DNA from: Octopus sinensis
Lineage: Eukaryota
Assembly (NCBI RefSeq): GCF_006345805.1
Contig: NC_043013.1
Location: forward strand, 57,722,001 to 57,786,000
Reading direction: 5' to 3'
DNA length: 64,000 bases
The notes beneath the pieces are model-generated. The model saw only the letters and a list, made by a program, of their open reading frames with translations. It ran no database searches and was not told the origin of the DNA. This document shows positions 48,531-61,660 of the stretch, in pieces (positions within the stretch are counted from its first letter, which is position 1; the number at the start of each line of letters is the position of its first letter). Both the position numbers and the translations under genes were made by a program.

Positions 48531-51181
48531 GATAATAGTTAAATAATATGCAAATATGTTTAAACAATATTTTTTAAGAAATAAATAATATTATAATTTT
48601 TTGTTATAAATAACTCTATTATCAAACTAGAAACTTTAACGATTAGGATTATATCATATAATCCAATTATAATGTTAAATATTAATTTTTAAGGTAAAAA
48701 TAGATAGAAAATGTATTTATCTATTCAGATATAATATGGCTTTAAAACATAATAAACTCACGAATAACCTAATCTCAGTTATAATCAAAATCTAAATTAC
48801 CTAATTATTAACAAAGAAATAATCAATAAAATAATCACTATTCATATTATTAAATTTAATTTCAAATCTAATAATTATAAAATATTTGAATAATTACTAA
48901 ATTATTATCAATAAATATATATAAATATAATAATTAAGATCTAAAATTATCCCTATCAATAAATATATACGTAATATAAAAAAAGTAAATAAATTAATTA
49001 TTCCATTATTACATACGAAGAATTAAAAAAATTAAAAATTAACGATGAAAAAGCAAATTGTAAACGTATAACCTATCTAAAGAAAACCTATAACTATTTA
49101 ACGATCTAATTAATAACTTACAAAATCCGTATAGTTATGATCTAATAATGAAATAATGAAATACATATCTTCATCAACTAAATACTTATACAATCATATT
49201 ATCAATCCGTAGTTATATAGTATGCAATAAATACCATATAACATAAATTATCAAAATATTAAAGTAAATTAATAAATAGGTTTACTTATTTTTCAAAAAT
49301 CGTGTCATTAACTAAACTAATAATAAACAAATGGAAAATTCTTTAACTATGAAAACTACGAATATTTTTTTAGCAATAAAAAATACAACTACAAATCATC
49401 AATTGAAAATAGCTATATTTAAGCTATAATAGAACAAAGTCAACTATTAGAGATATTTATGAATATATAATATGGCTTAAAAAACATAATAAACTCACTA
49501 ATATCCTTAACTCAGTTATAGTCCCAAAATTTAATTACCAAATTATTTAACTAAATAATCGTTATTCATATTTTAGATTTAATTACATATCTAATAATTA
49601 TAAAATATTTAAAACTAATAACTAAATTACTATCAACAAATATAGTGATTAAAAACTAAAATTTATGCTATTAATAAATGTATAGACATATAAAGAAAAA
49701 ATTAATTAAACCAATACTACTTACATAAAAACAATTAAAGATTAAAATCAGATTAAAAGCAGAAACATAACTTTAAAAAAAATCGTATAACTATTAACGA
49801 TTCTCTTTGGTTAAGTAAATCTTAAAAATAACGTAGAGTTAAAATCTAAAAATTATATTCATAACAACTAAATCATTACATAACAATCAGTATTTATATA
49901 GTATACAAAATAATACAATAAGACTTGATAAAATATTAAAAAATTTTTAATTTTATAATCTTAAATAGAAATAGATTACTTAGCTTTCCAAGGCTTTGTG
50001 ATGAACTAAAATTTTAAAACGGAAAACGACTTTTAAGCGTTTATAAGAATACTCGTGGAATTACGTTATTAACAAAAATAGAATAAATAGACGAAGAATT
50101 CTTTTAACAATAAGAAACTACGAATATATTTTATCAATGAAAATTGTGAATAAAAATTGTCAATGGAAACAGCTATAGTTTATCAATAATTGTAAATAGA
50201 ATGAAGTCACAATTAAAGAATAAAACCACTCTATACAATAAGATTTATTATTAAAATAAACTACAATAAATTATACTTCATACTCAATAAATTAAATAGT
50301 TAATATAAACTACCAATTCCTGTGTAAACTCTAAAAATCTTATAAGATTTAATTAATTTATATAAAATTTAATTAATTTATATAAAAAATTACGTAGTAG
50401 TCAAATTAATATAAATAAAAAAAATAAATAATTAACTATTAGACACATTCAAAATTAATTCAGTAGTAAGTCAAGCATTATCTATATTATGACCAATAAT
50501 TAATATAAAAAACTATATTCTAATAAAATTCATTAAATAATATTGATTAGATACATATCTAAATAAATATCCTTCAGATATATAGAAAATACAAACAAAT
50601 TAATTAATTTAACAAATTTATAACAAAAATATAACAAAATGTATACTTAACTCTAGTATAATATAAATATATATTCATATTATATGTCATATACAATATT
50701 AATATTAATACTCAAAATAAATGCTAACCAATAATAAATTAACCTAATTATATAGGTAAATTAATTTCTATAATCGAATAAATTATCATTATAAAAAATA
50801 TGACATAAAGAAAAGATTATTGTCCTATACATTCAAAATTAAAACTTCATATAAGCTATATACATTAAAACCATTAAATATTTAGTCATAAAATAAACAT
50901 CTAAATATAATCTAACTTTAAGTAAATAAAGAACCTTTAATAACTCTTACTGACTAATATAAAACCTCATAAAGAACTGAAAACACTACACTACTATTAT
51001 TAAGTAATATATTTATTAAATTATTTATTTGATATAACACGTAAAATTATGTAATAAGTATTATAAATCACATACTAAATTTTAGATTAATATTAGTACA
51101 TATATCCATAAATTAGGTTTAAATATAGTCATTATTTATCTAGAAATTTATTATATAAGTAAAGTAACCTGTGTGTGCATT

Positions 51182-51733
51182 TTATTTTACGTTCATCACT
51201 AAATTATTATGATCATAAAATAAAATTTCTTTAAACTCATTAGAACATAAATAGCAATAATTACCTCCTATACTATATGATTTGGCCTTATTTATTAATT
51301 CCCATCTTAAATCATACTGAATACTTTGGGATTTAAGCTCCCAAATGTATTTGCTAAGTCCTGTGGAGTTAATTAGGTTTTTATTTTTAAATGAATGTAT
51401 ATGCTGTGCAATTCTTAATTTTATTTTAGAGGAAGTGGACACTATATATATTGCGTTTAAGTTATTATTATTTTTATTATTCTCATTAATTAATGTAACT
51501 ATACATTTATACACTACATCGCTTAAATCACATTTATTATTAAATTTACACTTAGTTTTGCCTCTACATGTACAGTTAATGAGTGTCTTATCTTTATTAT
51601 TATTGGTATTATTATAAAATTTATTTTCATAAAAAATATTCAAGAAATAGTGCTACCTACACTATTAGTGGTAGAATAACCTACTCCAAATTTATTACTA
51701 CAGAAAATATTTCTATATTTACGATTATCATGA

Positions 51734-51764
<31 letters not shown>

Positions 51765-51785
51765 CTTCTTCTTCTTCTTCTTCTT

Positions 51786-51837
<52 letters not shown>

Positions 51838-51851
51838 TATTATTATTATTA

Positions 51852-51883
<32 letters not shown>

Positions 51884-51956
51884 TACCATTATTATTCATC
51901 TTCTTTTTTCTTCTTCTTCTTCTTAACATTATCATAATTAATCATGTTATTATTAC

Positions 51957-52006
<50 letters not shown>

Positions 52007-53469
52007 CTATCATTATTACCATTACTATTATATTTCTTTATAATATTATTAATGTTAAATTTATAATTATAATTAACATTTAATGAACTGATATTAAAAT
52101 TTGTCTTATTTTTAATTTTATTTTTATAATTACTACAATTACTACTAATATGACTAACATAATTATAATAATTATTATTAATATTTTGTCTTTATTTTTA
52201 TAAAACAATTTAATATTAGTATTATAACCTGCCTCTCGTAGGGCCTCATTGTAATAAGGTGCATGTTTATTAAAAAATCTCTAAATCATAAGAAAGTAAT
52301 GATATACGTTTACTTATATTATTAATCAACGATTTTTTAATCGATGGTGGGTGATTACTATTAACATTTATATATCTAAGGTTTTCATTAAGTTTATGAT
52401 ATGGTTGTGTTTTACCCGTAATTAGATTAAGATTAACATCTAAATAATTAACATTATAATTCTCATTATATATAGTAATACTTAAACCATATCTTTTAAA
52501 GAAACTATAAAGTTTTTTCTTATATAATTCTAGGTTCCTATTAGTGCAATTCTTAGTAATTAATAAAAGGCCGTCCCTATATAAACCACCCGCTAGTTTT
52601 AAATTTTCTAATTGAAGTTCTGATAATAGATAAATAGTTGCCAAATCCGTAGCTTGTGCGGGATCGGGTGCCCCTATAGGTATATCAAAATAGTCCCTAG
52701 TATCCTTCCTATCCCATAATTTATCATTGTATCTAATAAACGATTTCCTAGCCATTTTAATTACATTAACCTCTATCAAAGTCATTCCCTCTTTATTCAT
52801 TGCAAATATCAGGCCCTTATTAAACACAATTTCATTAATAGAATAATAATAATTATCTATATCTATTTGAATAAATTTATAACGATTTTTTTCATTAATA
52901 TTATTAAACCAATTTAAAGTATTATTATTACTAAGCCATAATTTAAGGTATTATTTATTATATATTTATCTAAAATGAGTTTACTTAATTTACCAAGGTC
53001 TGATTTACATGGAAAAATTAATCTAACTTTAGGGTCTGAATAAAAATTATCTTTATGGTATTTCAAAGTAATTCTAGGGTGTATAGGTACATAAGGTTCA
53101 GTTTTATTATCCAACTCATAGTTCATCATGACTAATTAAGAGGCCTTATTTATAGTATAAAGTGCACTATCTGGAACAATTTTATATTTTTTTAATTATC
53201 TCTTTCTCTAAAAGGTTATAATATAATTTAACATCCAGTTTATATAGATTCCTAGTTTTATCTGATTGTACAATAATACCATCCATATTTCTCATTTCTT
53301 TAATTCTAATAGCTAAATTTCTTAAATATTCATTATGTCTGTTCGGGTATTTATGAAATTTAATGTTTTTCACCACCTTCCAAAAATTATCTTCGAAGAT
53401 CTGTAAATCTCTATTATATGGGGGTTCTTTTTTAGATTTAAAATTAGAAGTAAAATTATTATCATTCAT
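51182..53469 (-). pseudogene. Penelope-like RT plus GIY-YIG endonuclease ORF (fragmented)
   Basis: FKSKKEPP..DLQIFE, SDKTRNLYK, ITLKYHKDNF..PKVRLI.P.KSDLGKLSK, GLYRDG, YLDVNLNL, SNHPPSI; CTCRGKTKC...VVYK...YIVST...R..H...LSKYIWELK...CYLC. Confidence 0.88.
51733..52030. repeat. Compound (TTC)n/(TTA)n microsatellite between the PLE RT and endonuclease
   Basis: Read directly. Confidence 0.95.
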
Positions 53470-53990
53470 AATATCATTAAAATTAGATATATTTTAGTTA
53501 TAATTGTAGGCTATCCATTTAACCCTAAAAACAAAATCCTTAATATTATTAATAAGTTTCAAAATATATTCTTTCCTAGAGGGTACTGGAATATCCTTTA
53601 AAGATGAATTCCAAAATAGCGGTTCTATCTTACCTGTAAATTCCATTACTTACGAAATTGAGATATTACACTCAATAAACGTAATTTATCAATATATTAA
53701 TTATAATAATAATAATATTAGGGAGTAAATCCAAACTTACAGGGAAAAATTAGATTTAGGATTAAATCCAATTTCATAGTATAAATATAAATTAAATTAG
53801 AGATAAAACCACTATTAGGCAAATCAAATAACGAAAAACATAAACCAAAACATAAAAATGAACATAATTAATATAATAAACAAAATATATAAATATAAAA
53901 TTTAAAATTTAAATTATTTAAATTGACAATTTTGAATCTATATTTATAAATTTTTATAATTTTTAGATTTTAAACTTAAAATTTTTAATT

Positions 53991-54038
<48 letters not shown>

Positions 54039-54179
54039 AAATGAAAAACTGTGAACATTAAATATAAAGTCATGGAAAACGAACTTTTTCGAAAACGAAA
54101 AGAAACAGATAAAGAAACGAGACAAGCAACATAAAGAACATTCCCTTCATCAGTTGTCCCCTATTTTATCTACTCCGTG

Positions 54180-54257
<78 letters not shown>

Positions 54258-54258
54258 A

Positions 54259-54321
<63 letters not shown>

Positions 54322-54639
54322 TATGAGAGAAAGAAATGGAATCCATGAGACTATATAACTCACTACGATCGCTGTGACCTGTCGTGCACCGGTGTATCAC
54401 GGGTAGCATGTTGTATAAATAGTTGTGGTCCATCACACATGTAAATGTTTCGTTAGTGAATTGGGGGAAAAGTACTCTCTTTTTAATTCCCATTTCGCGC
54501 TTATTTCCATTAAAATACATTTGAGTAGTTGTAGAGAAACTGGATTATAATGTAGGACTCTTCTCATCTAACCAGTAATGTAACTTACAAAGAAACAAAA
54601 ATGAAATATAATAGTGAGTCAAATAATGTTTTAGAAAGA

Positions 54640-55400
54640 TAATGTAAAATAGATATCCGCGAATGGACAAAGAAAGTTATATTAAGCTTTATTACACATG
54701 AAAATCAACATACTGATAACAGACTTAGTTATGATAATGAACAACGTTTTCCCACTATGCAAGACCTATGAAACAAAGAAACATGTAGATACCTTCATGC
54801 ACCGTATACATTTGTCTGGATATGATCAGGAAGATAAGGTTCGGGTATACAGGGGAGCTAGAAAGAAGTTAGATAACATTATATGCAATGAAACCAGTGG
54901 TATCTACCCAAGATATAGAAGTAAAGACTGAAATAGGATGCAAAGAGTTTGTGACAAAGCAAACCGGGTGAACAAGTGGTACAAGACTGACAGATATCAA
55001 GGAGTGATGTTTGTAGAGGCCACAACCCATGGAAAACTCGTCCGTAGATTTAGGAAAGCTCTGAAGGAGGCCAAACTCAATATTAAGCTAGTTGAAAAGT
55101 CAGGGAGCTCCATCAGATCACAACTATGTAGGACGTACTCCTTTGAGAATACAACAAGCACCAATGATAACTGCACGGTATGTAAGATTAACCCTGGCAT
55201 TAACTGTAGAACTAGAAATGTAGCCTGCAGCATAAGGTGCGTAGAGGTTGCTTGTAAAAACAAGAACATGATATACATAGGTGAGACATCTAGAAGCATT
55301 GCGGAGAGATTAAATGGACACTTCAGACAATATGAATTTAAAAATCAGTCTTCCATACTCTACCAACATGCCAAAGACCAAAATGGAGGCACACAGGTTC
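54640..55400 (+). mobile_element. Second Penelope-like element fragment (Neptune-like linker and GIY-YIG)
   Basis: SGYDQEDK, MFVEAT, KLVEKSGSSIRSQL, CTVC...C..RNV.C.I.C..., YIGETSRSIAERLNGH, SILYQH. Confidence 0.82.
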
Positions 55401-55599
55401 GACCGCATTTTATCCAAATTAAACTGCTGCTGCTGAAGTTGCAAGAGCTAAGCTGTCGTCAGCTCCTTTGAGTGTTCCTCGACGAGATCGTTATTGTCAA
55501 CCTCGAGGCCGATGGACTTGTCAAGATAGATTATCTCCTCGACTACAGGTATCTCAGACTGTATCATAAATTAAACATCCCCAGTACTAAATAGGAAAT

Positions 55600-57800
55600 A
55601 TACGTAGGAGGCAATCATACCCCAATACCCACAGTTTATATACACAGAGTAGTTAGTAGGCTGTTATGTATAAACACGACGACAATCTGCACCATCCTGA
55701 ATAAAAAGAACGAGATCAAGGTCGTTACAACAGCAAACGGTGTCTCCTGGCTCTCCAAGCAATGCACATCTGTCCACCAAGTGAAGGAAAAATTGTTTCT
55801 CCTATGGATCAACGAGAATCAAATCGCAGGGGATATGATTACGGAGACCATCATCTGAGAGAAAACACAAGCGCTGTATGGAGATCTCCTGAAGCTGTAC
55901 CCTGGAACATGCGACGGAGGCGACATCAGCAGATGCAGTTAACGCCAGTGGCGGCTGGTTCGATGATCTTCAGAGGAGGACTGGTGTTCAAAGCGTCGTC
56001 AGGTGTGCAGAAGTAAGTTCTGACACGAAGGCAGCTGAGGATTTAAGTGCGTGACTTTTGTTAGCTCATTGCAGCCAAGGGGTACATCACACAACAGGTA
56101 GTCAACGGTGAGGAAACTGGGTTTTTTTAATAGAAAAAAATGCCCAGAAGAACCTACATAACTGCAGAGTAGAATAAAATGCTAGGCCACAAATCTGTGA
56201 AAGATAGGCGAACTCTCACCTTTTGTACCAATGCAAGCGGAGACTTAAAGATTAAGCCACTTCTGATCTACAATTCCGAAAACCCACGAGCGTTCAAGTC
56301 GCACAGAATCGTCAAGGAGAAGCTGCAAGTCATGTGGAGAGCAAGCCTTAAAGCCTGAGTCACCAGGCAGTTCTTCACCGAGTGGGTGAAATTTATCTTC
56401 GGACTAGCTCTGAAAACGTACCTTCTGGAGAACTATCTTCCTGCCAAGGCCCTTCGCCTCCTCGACAATGTTCCTGCTCACCCTCCTTCGAAGATGATAT
56501 CCTGGATGAATTTAAATTCATAAAAGTTCTGTACCTTTCACCTAACACTACCCCTATCTTGCAGCCTATGGACCAGCAGGTGACTTCTAATTTTAAGAAA
56601 TTGTAGAAGCAAACACCTGTTTTGTCGGGGCTTTGAAGTCACGGAAAATACAAATCTAAACTTCCCTGAGTTTTGGAAGGAGCACTACAACATTAACTGC
56701 CTGAAAAATCTTCGATATAGCCTGGCAGCGTGTGACGAAGAGAACACTGAATTCTGCATGGAGGAAACTGTGGCCTGACTGCGTATCCGAAAGAGACTTA
56801 GAGGGGTTTGTGTCTGAGATACCTGTAGTCAAGGAGATAATCCCTCTTGACAAGTCCATTGGCCTCGAGGTTGAGAATAACGATCTCGTCGAGGAACACT
56901 TCAGGAGCTGAAGACAACTTAGCTCTTGTAACTTCAGCAGCAGCAGTATTTGGATGCGGTGGAAAACACTGGTTTCTTGAAGGATGACAGTGTAACGGAA
57001 ATGTCTATCTCTACGAATGATATAAAGGCAGTGTCGGCAAAGCGTCAGAATGTTCCTGAATTTGTAGAAAAATACCTATTTCGTTACTACCCACAAGGGT
57101 CTAAACATAGAGGGGACAAACAAGGAGAGACAAACGGATTAAGTCGATTACATCGACCCCAGTGCGTAACTGGTACTTAATTTATCGACCTCGAAAGGAT
57201 GAAAGGCAAAGTCGACCTCGGCGGAATTTGAACTCAGAACGTAACTGCAGACAAAATACAGCTACGCATTTCGCCCGGCGTACTAAAGTTTTTGCCAGCT
57301 CGCCGCCTTATTTGTAGAAAAATACCTTCATGAACAAGTATCTGCAGGTCGTGCAGCTGTTTTGTTTAATGACTCTGCTCTGGCGCATTTTGGTAATATT
57401 TTGAAAAGCAGGGAAAATTAGATTTCTCTTGATAAGTTTAAAACGAAACGACCTGCAAGTGTGAAAAGTGATGAAAGTGTGCTTAAAATGTCTAAATTGA
57501 GCGGAGAGAGAAAACGCCAGAAATTCTTCTTTCTGAAGTCTTAATGGAAGGCGATTCTCCTTCCAAACAATAATCGTCACCTCCACCCCGCTCCGTCATC
57601 TTCCTCAAGCACAAATCGCCCCATCTTTAAAGTAATTCAATTAATAATATCAGTTTATATATTTCTTTTGCATTTTTAAATATTATCTCTTTCATAATTG
57701 TCATTTTCCTTGTAACTGCACCTTTTCTGTTTTAAAACCCATAAAAAATGATTTTTGGATGGATTTTGGGCGCTAGAACGGAATTCACACTCACTTCAAT
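55600..57800 (+). mobile_element. Tigger/pogo-type DNA transposon, decayed
   Basis: TICTIL, LLWINE, ASGGWF, KMPRRTYIT, NASGDLKIKPLLIY, LLDNVPAHP, PNTTPILQPMDQQV; boundaries approximate. Confidence 0.88.
57078..57309 (-). mobile_element. Full-length tRNA-derived SINE with Tx1-type tail, nested in Tigger
   Basis: 18-bp TSD ATTTGTAGAAAAATACCT at 57060-57077 and 57310-57327; A/B-box-like head (GAGTTCAAATTCC). Confidence 0.92.
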
Positions 57801-57934
57801 CGGAAAATAATGATGATGATGATTATAATAATAATAATAATAGCAACTATAACAATAGCAACAACAATAACAATGATAAGAAAATTTCTATTTTTATTCG
57901 ACTACATTTCTATGTTACTAATATTGATTACACT

Positions 57935-57996
<62 letters not shown>
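57935..57996. repeat. (GTA)n microsatellite
   Basis: Read directly. Confidence 0.95.
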
Positions 57997-57999
<3 letters not shown>

Positions 58000-60226
58000 C
58001 GTCTGTATATATTTCAGGTCAGAGATAACAAGACTAACCGAAAACATCTGTAGCTTTGTCAATCCTGTTCTCAGCCAATTCATAATGTATACCATTCATT
58101 AGACTGAAAACTGCCTAATCTAACGCCTTCTAATCTCTTGTTGTATTTTAATATATTATCCGGATACCATTTCTGCCGGAATAACCATTATTGTTTTCGA
58201 ACAATATTGAAAATTAATCAATATGTCTGCTATAGTTTGTACTGTAGACCCATTGGCACTGTTGATTCTCAAAAGGATTTATTTTCCAAACTATCTTTCA
58301 GCACATACTTCACTAATTTGTTTCCGAAGCGTAACCTCTCTAAATGGTCGATCGGCATGTTAGAAGTAGTAGTGAAATCTCTCTCAAACCACTCTCTATT
58401 TTCTTAGGTAAGAAGGCCACCCTGGAAACGTGTAGCCCAACATTAAACGCTAAATACGTCTGCTTTTCATTTTATCTTATGTTTGTACAATCGTCAAACA
58501 CTGGAAGTGAAACGTAAATAATACCAACCTCAACATGACATAACACATTTTCTAATTGGAAAAGAATACATTATTCAACTCTCAAGAGACTGGGATCAAT
58601 GTCCCAAAACCGACAATATTTGTGACTAACATCATCTGCACTAGTAGACTAATTAATTATTTAGTTTCCCACCCAGAATTATATCATAGCATGTCTAAAT
58701 TCTCATAGATTTAATGAGTTTAAGAATATTTAAAAATAGAGCTGGTGGCAATCGTTTTAGTGTTTAGATGAAAGTTTGGAGACAATTGGCACTGATACTA
58801 TAGAGCCAATATTTCTGAGATAATCTTCGCCTTCAAGAAAGCAACAAAGTAGAAATGTTGAATGCATGTATAGTACAACAGGTTAAAAGTTAATCGGATC
58901 GCTTGAATTAACTCAGTGCAGTATAAAGGTTGCATGAGGTCAAAATTTATTCAATGATAACAAAAATCCGATGCACTTCCTATGTAATATATTACCAAAA
59001 AAGTTCTTACTACCCTTCCCAAACTTATTTCGCTTTCTTGTATTCTCCCTAAAAAATATATATTTCCTCCTTTAGACATTTCTCGCGACGTAGAAATTTG
59101 TAGTTAGGGTATTGAAGTAACAGATTTTTTGACTTGTGCCTAAATTTCGCAGTACGAGTTTAATTCGTTCCATGACCGAATTCGTTTTACGTTTTACTCG
59201 TTTAACAAATCAATTTTCCCCTCTAAAATTAATTATCTTGTAATAATTGTTAATAGTGAAGGTGGAAGAATATAAGACAATACCAAATCAACGCCACGAA
59301 AACGTAAAAATAAACGATGAAAAAATGTAAAATGTAATGATGAAGATGCAGGGAAGTCACGACAGTTTTGTTGAAAGTTGTAAATGATGGTCTATGGAAG
59401 ACAGCTGGTGATGTTGGCAGAACATATTTTTTAGTGTTGTTGATGTTGTTAGTGTTGCTGATATCGTCATCATCGTCGTCTTTCTCCTCCTCCTCATCAT
59501 TTTCATCATCATTTTACTATTATTATTATTGCTAATATTATGATAGATAGAACTATAGTGATATTTCAGAGGAAGAACATTAGAAGGGGCCAATCACCAC
59601 GTGATTGGTGAAGTTAATGTGTGCTTATGCGTAAGAGAGGGAAAGCGAGAGAAAGAGAGAGGCAGGAGGAGAAAGCGAAAGAGAGACTTGTTCGTAGAGA
59701 TAGTGGTAGAATTTATGAAAGATGGAATTCAGGAAAGTAGAAAGTGAAGCTACGATTATGTTGTATTTTTTTCCTCGCCATAAAAATAATTTCTGGAGAA
59801 AAGAAAAAAAAAACCTAAAAGTAATATAAACTATGTATGAAAAAAAAGAAGAAAAATAGTGAAAGAAAGACGCACAAAAAAAGAAAAAAATAGAAGGAAT
59901 GAAGCAAAATGAGAACTGTGAAAAGAAATCATTGATACGGATAGATTTGGCAAGAGAAATACTGAGAATTGAAATGAAAAGAATCAGAGAGTATATCACA
60001 CGCGCACACACACACACAATCCGTGACATAATACACGGGCATACGTGGCCTCTGTCACATGGACGCTCGAACGAAGCACAGAAATACGTAAGTACACATA
60101 CTACACCTACACTAATATGACAGACACAAGCAGATGGACGTCCACTCGTCCACTCCAACACATACTTATATAATACACATATATGTATGTATATATATTC
60201 TAATTTGACACTGAATTATTGGAAGT

Positions 60227-60269
60227 CCACCTGAAGATTGTCGATCAAGACAAGAAACGATTGTAGTGG
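60227..60269 (+). ncRNA. Near-intact minimal type I hammerhead ribozyme
   Basis: CCAC-CTGAAGA-TTGTC-GATCAA-GACAA-GAAA-CGATTGT-A-GTGG: all three stems and the conserved core nucleotides are present. Confidence 0.82.
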
Positions 60270-61239
60270 CGGTTTTTTTGACTATTTATTAAAATTTTAT
60301 GTATTGATTAAGTCTTTCCTTGTTTGTTTTGCAAAATAGTGGTTTTGTCTCGAATAATATTTTATATATATATATATATATATATACATCTATGTGTGTA
60401 TGCAAAGGGATGTACACGCATGCGCTGACATACAAGTACTCACATATGCCTATATAGACATGCACAAACATAAACACACGCTGAATTGGCAACATAATGT
60501 TGGTATTCCATATAAAAGATGGTAGTTTAGAAACTGACAATAATAAGGTATGAAAGCAACTCTTCACACTAATTATGCGGCCATCATCATCATCCTCGTC
60601 ATCAGCATATTATCAACATCACGTTCATCATCATCATTGAAATCATCCTCAACACTACTTCCGCTACCAACACTGCCACCACCACCACCAACATTGATAT
60701 TTTCGTATGAAGTTTTTTTCTTTTTTCAGTAATATGCATAAGAATCTAATATTTTCACATTTCTCAATCACATGTGGCATTCTGTGATTATTATTTCTCT
60801 CTCGCCTTCTCTCTGTCCTTCTCTCTTTCTTTCCCCCTCTTTTTAATACTTTATTCCTTTTTATTAAAAACATGTTAGACATTTCCTTTCCACTTTTCTC
60901 AGACGAAGTTTTTTCTGGGTTTCCTTGACGACAGATTTGTAGCGTTAACCGTTCATGCGTCACCTTACTCGCAGTTTGTCACTTTAATTGCATAACTGTA
61001 GTTTTCGTCAAACTGCAATTGTGGGTCAGTTGTTGAAAGAGTTTGAAACTACGGCATCTAGAATGTTACCAATTGTTCTCTGCTACATGTAATCGGTGGC
61101 ATTTATACTCCCAGCGAGAAGTGCCGGAAAAAATACTGCCGAGCATTTTATCCCAATAATAATGATGATGGTAATAGTGTTTCACCATGGGTGAAACTGT
61201 ATGGCATATTACCAGTCAACGTACGACACTATCCCAGAA

Positions 61240-61660
61240 AGGACATAAGAGATGTCATGACAATATAGCAAGGATTGTCCATTGGAGACTTTGCAACAAG
61301 TATGGACTTCAGAGAGCATAGAAGTGGTACAAAGGCGTCATCGAAAATGATCATGCAAAGATCCTATGGGATTTTATGATTCAGTGCGACAATGAGATAG
61401 AGGATAGGAACTAGAAAGCGTCTTAAACGATGCTGGATCATAGATATAGCATGCCCAGCTGACAATGTACGCGATAAAGAAAGGAAAGTCGATAGATATG
61501 ATAGGCTAGCTTGGGTGGTTAAGCAGTTGTGGTCAATAGAAAAGGTAGTAGCAGTACCAATAAATGTTGGAGCCCTGGGAACAGTGAGAAAAAATCTCGA
61601 GAAGTACGTGGAACAAATAGGGGCTGCAAATGGTGCTCGAAAAATAAGGGATATTACCAT
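61240..61660 (+). mobile_element. R4/Dong/NeSL-type non-LTR 3' fragment
   Basis: HDNIARIVHWRLC, ENDHAKILWDFMIQCD, IIDIACPAD, VPINVGALG. Confidence 0.8.

Larger units (their letters stand above)
48222..53995 (-). mobile_element. Extremely AT-rich Penelope-like element with direct terminal repeats (pLTR-like)
   Basis: RT and GIY-YIG fragments between 53469 and 51182; direct repeat about 48222-48345 vs about 53820-53960; boundaries approximate. Confidence 0.75.

Noticed and set aside
51182-53469. Selenocysteine recoding, as reported for some Naiad PLEs
   Set aside because: The conserved Cys positions I can read are ordinary Cys codons, and the breaks look like decay.
2611-54520. Many ORF-track entries rich in YI, CV or HT repeats
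   Set aside because: Translations of (TA)n, (TG)n and (CA)n microsatellites.
10541-57309. tRNA-like A and B boxes as tRNA genes
   Set aside because: All continue into SINE bodies and lack a complete cloverleaf.
27380-58500. Further candidate exons at 27380, about 31177, about 58018 and about 58408
   Set aside because: Good acceptors, but ambiguous frames or weak donors; such sites are expected by chance in AT-rich DNA.
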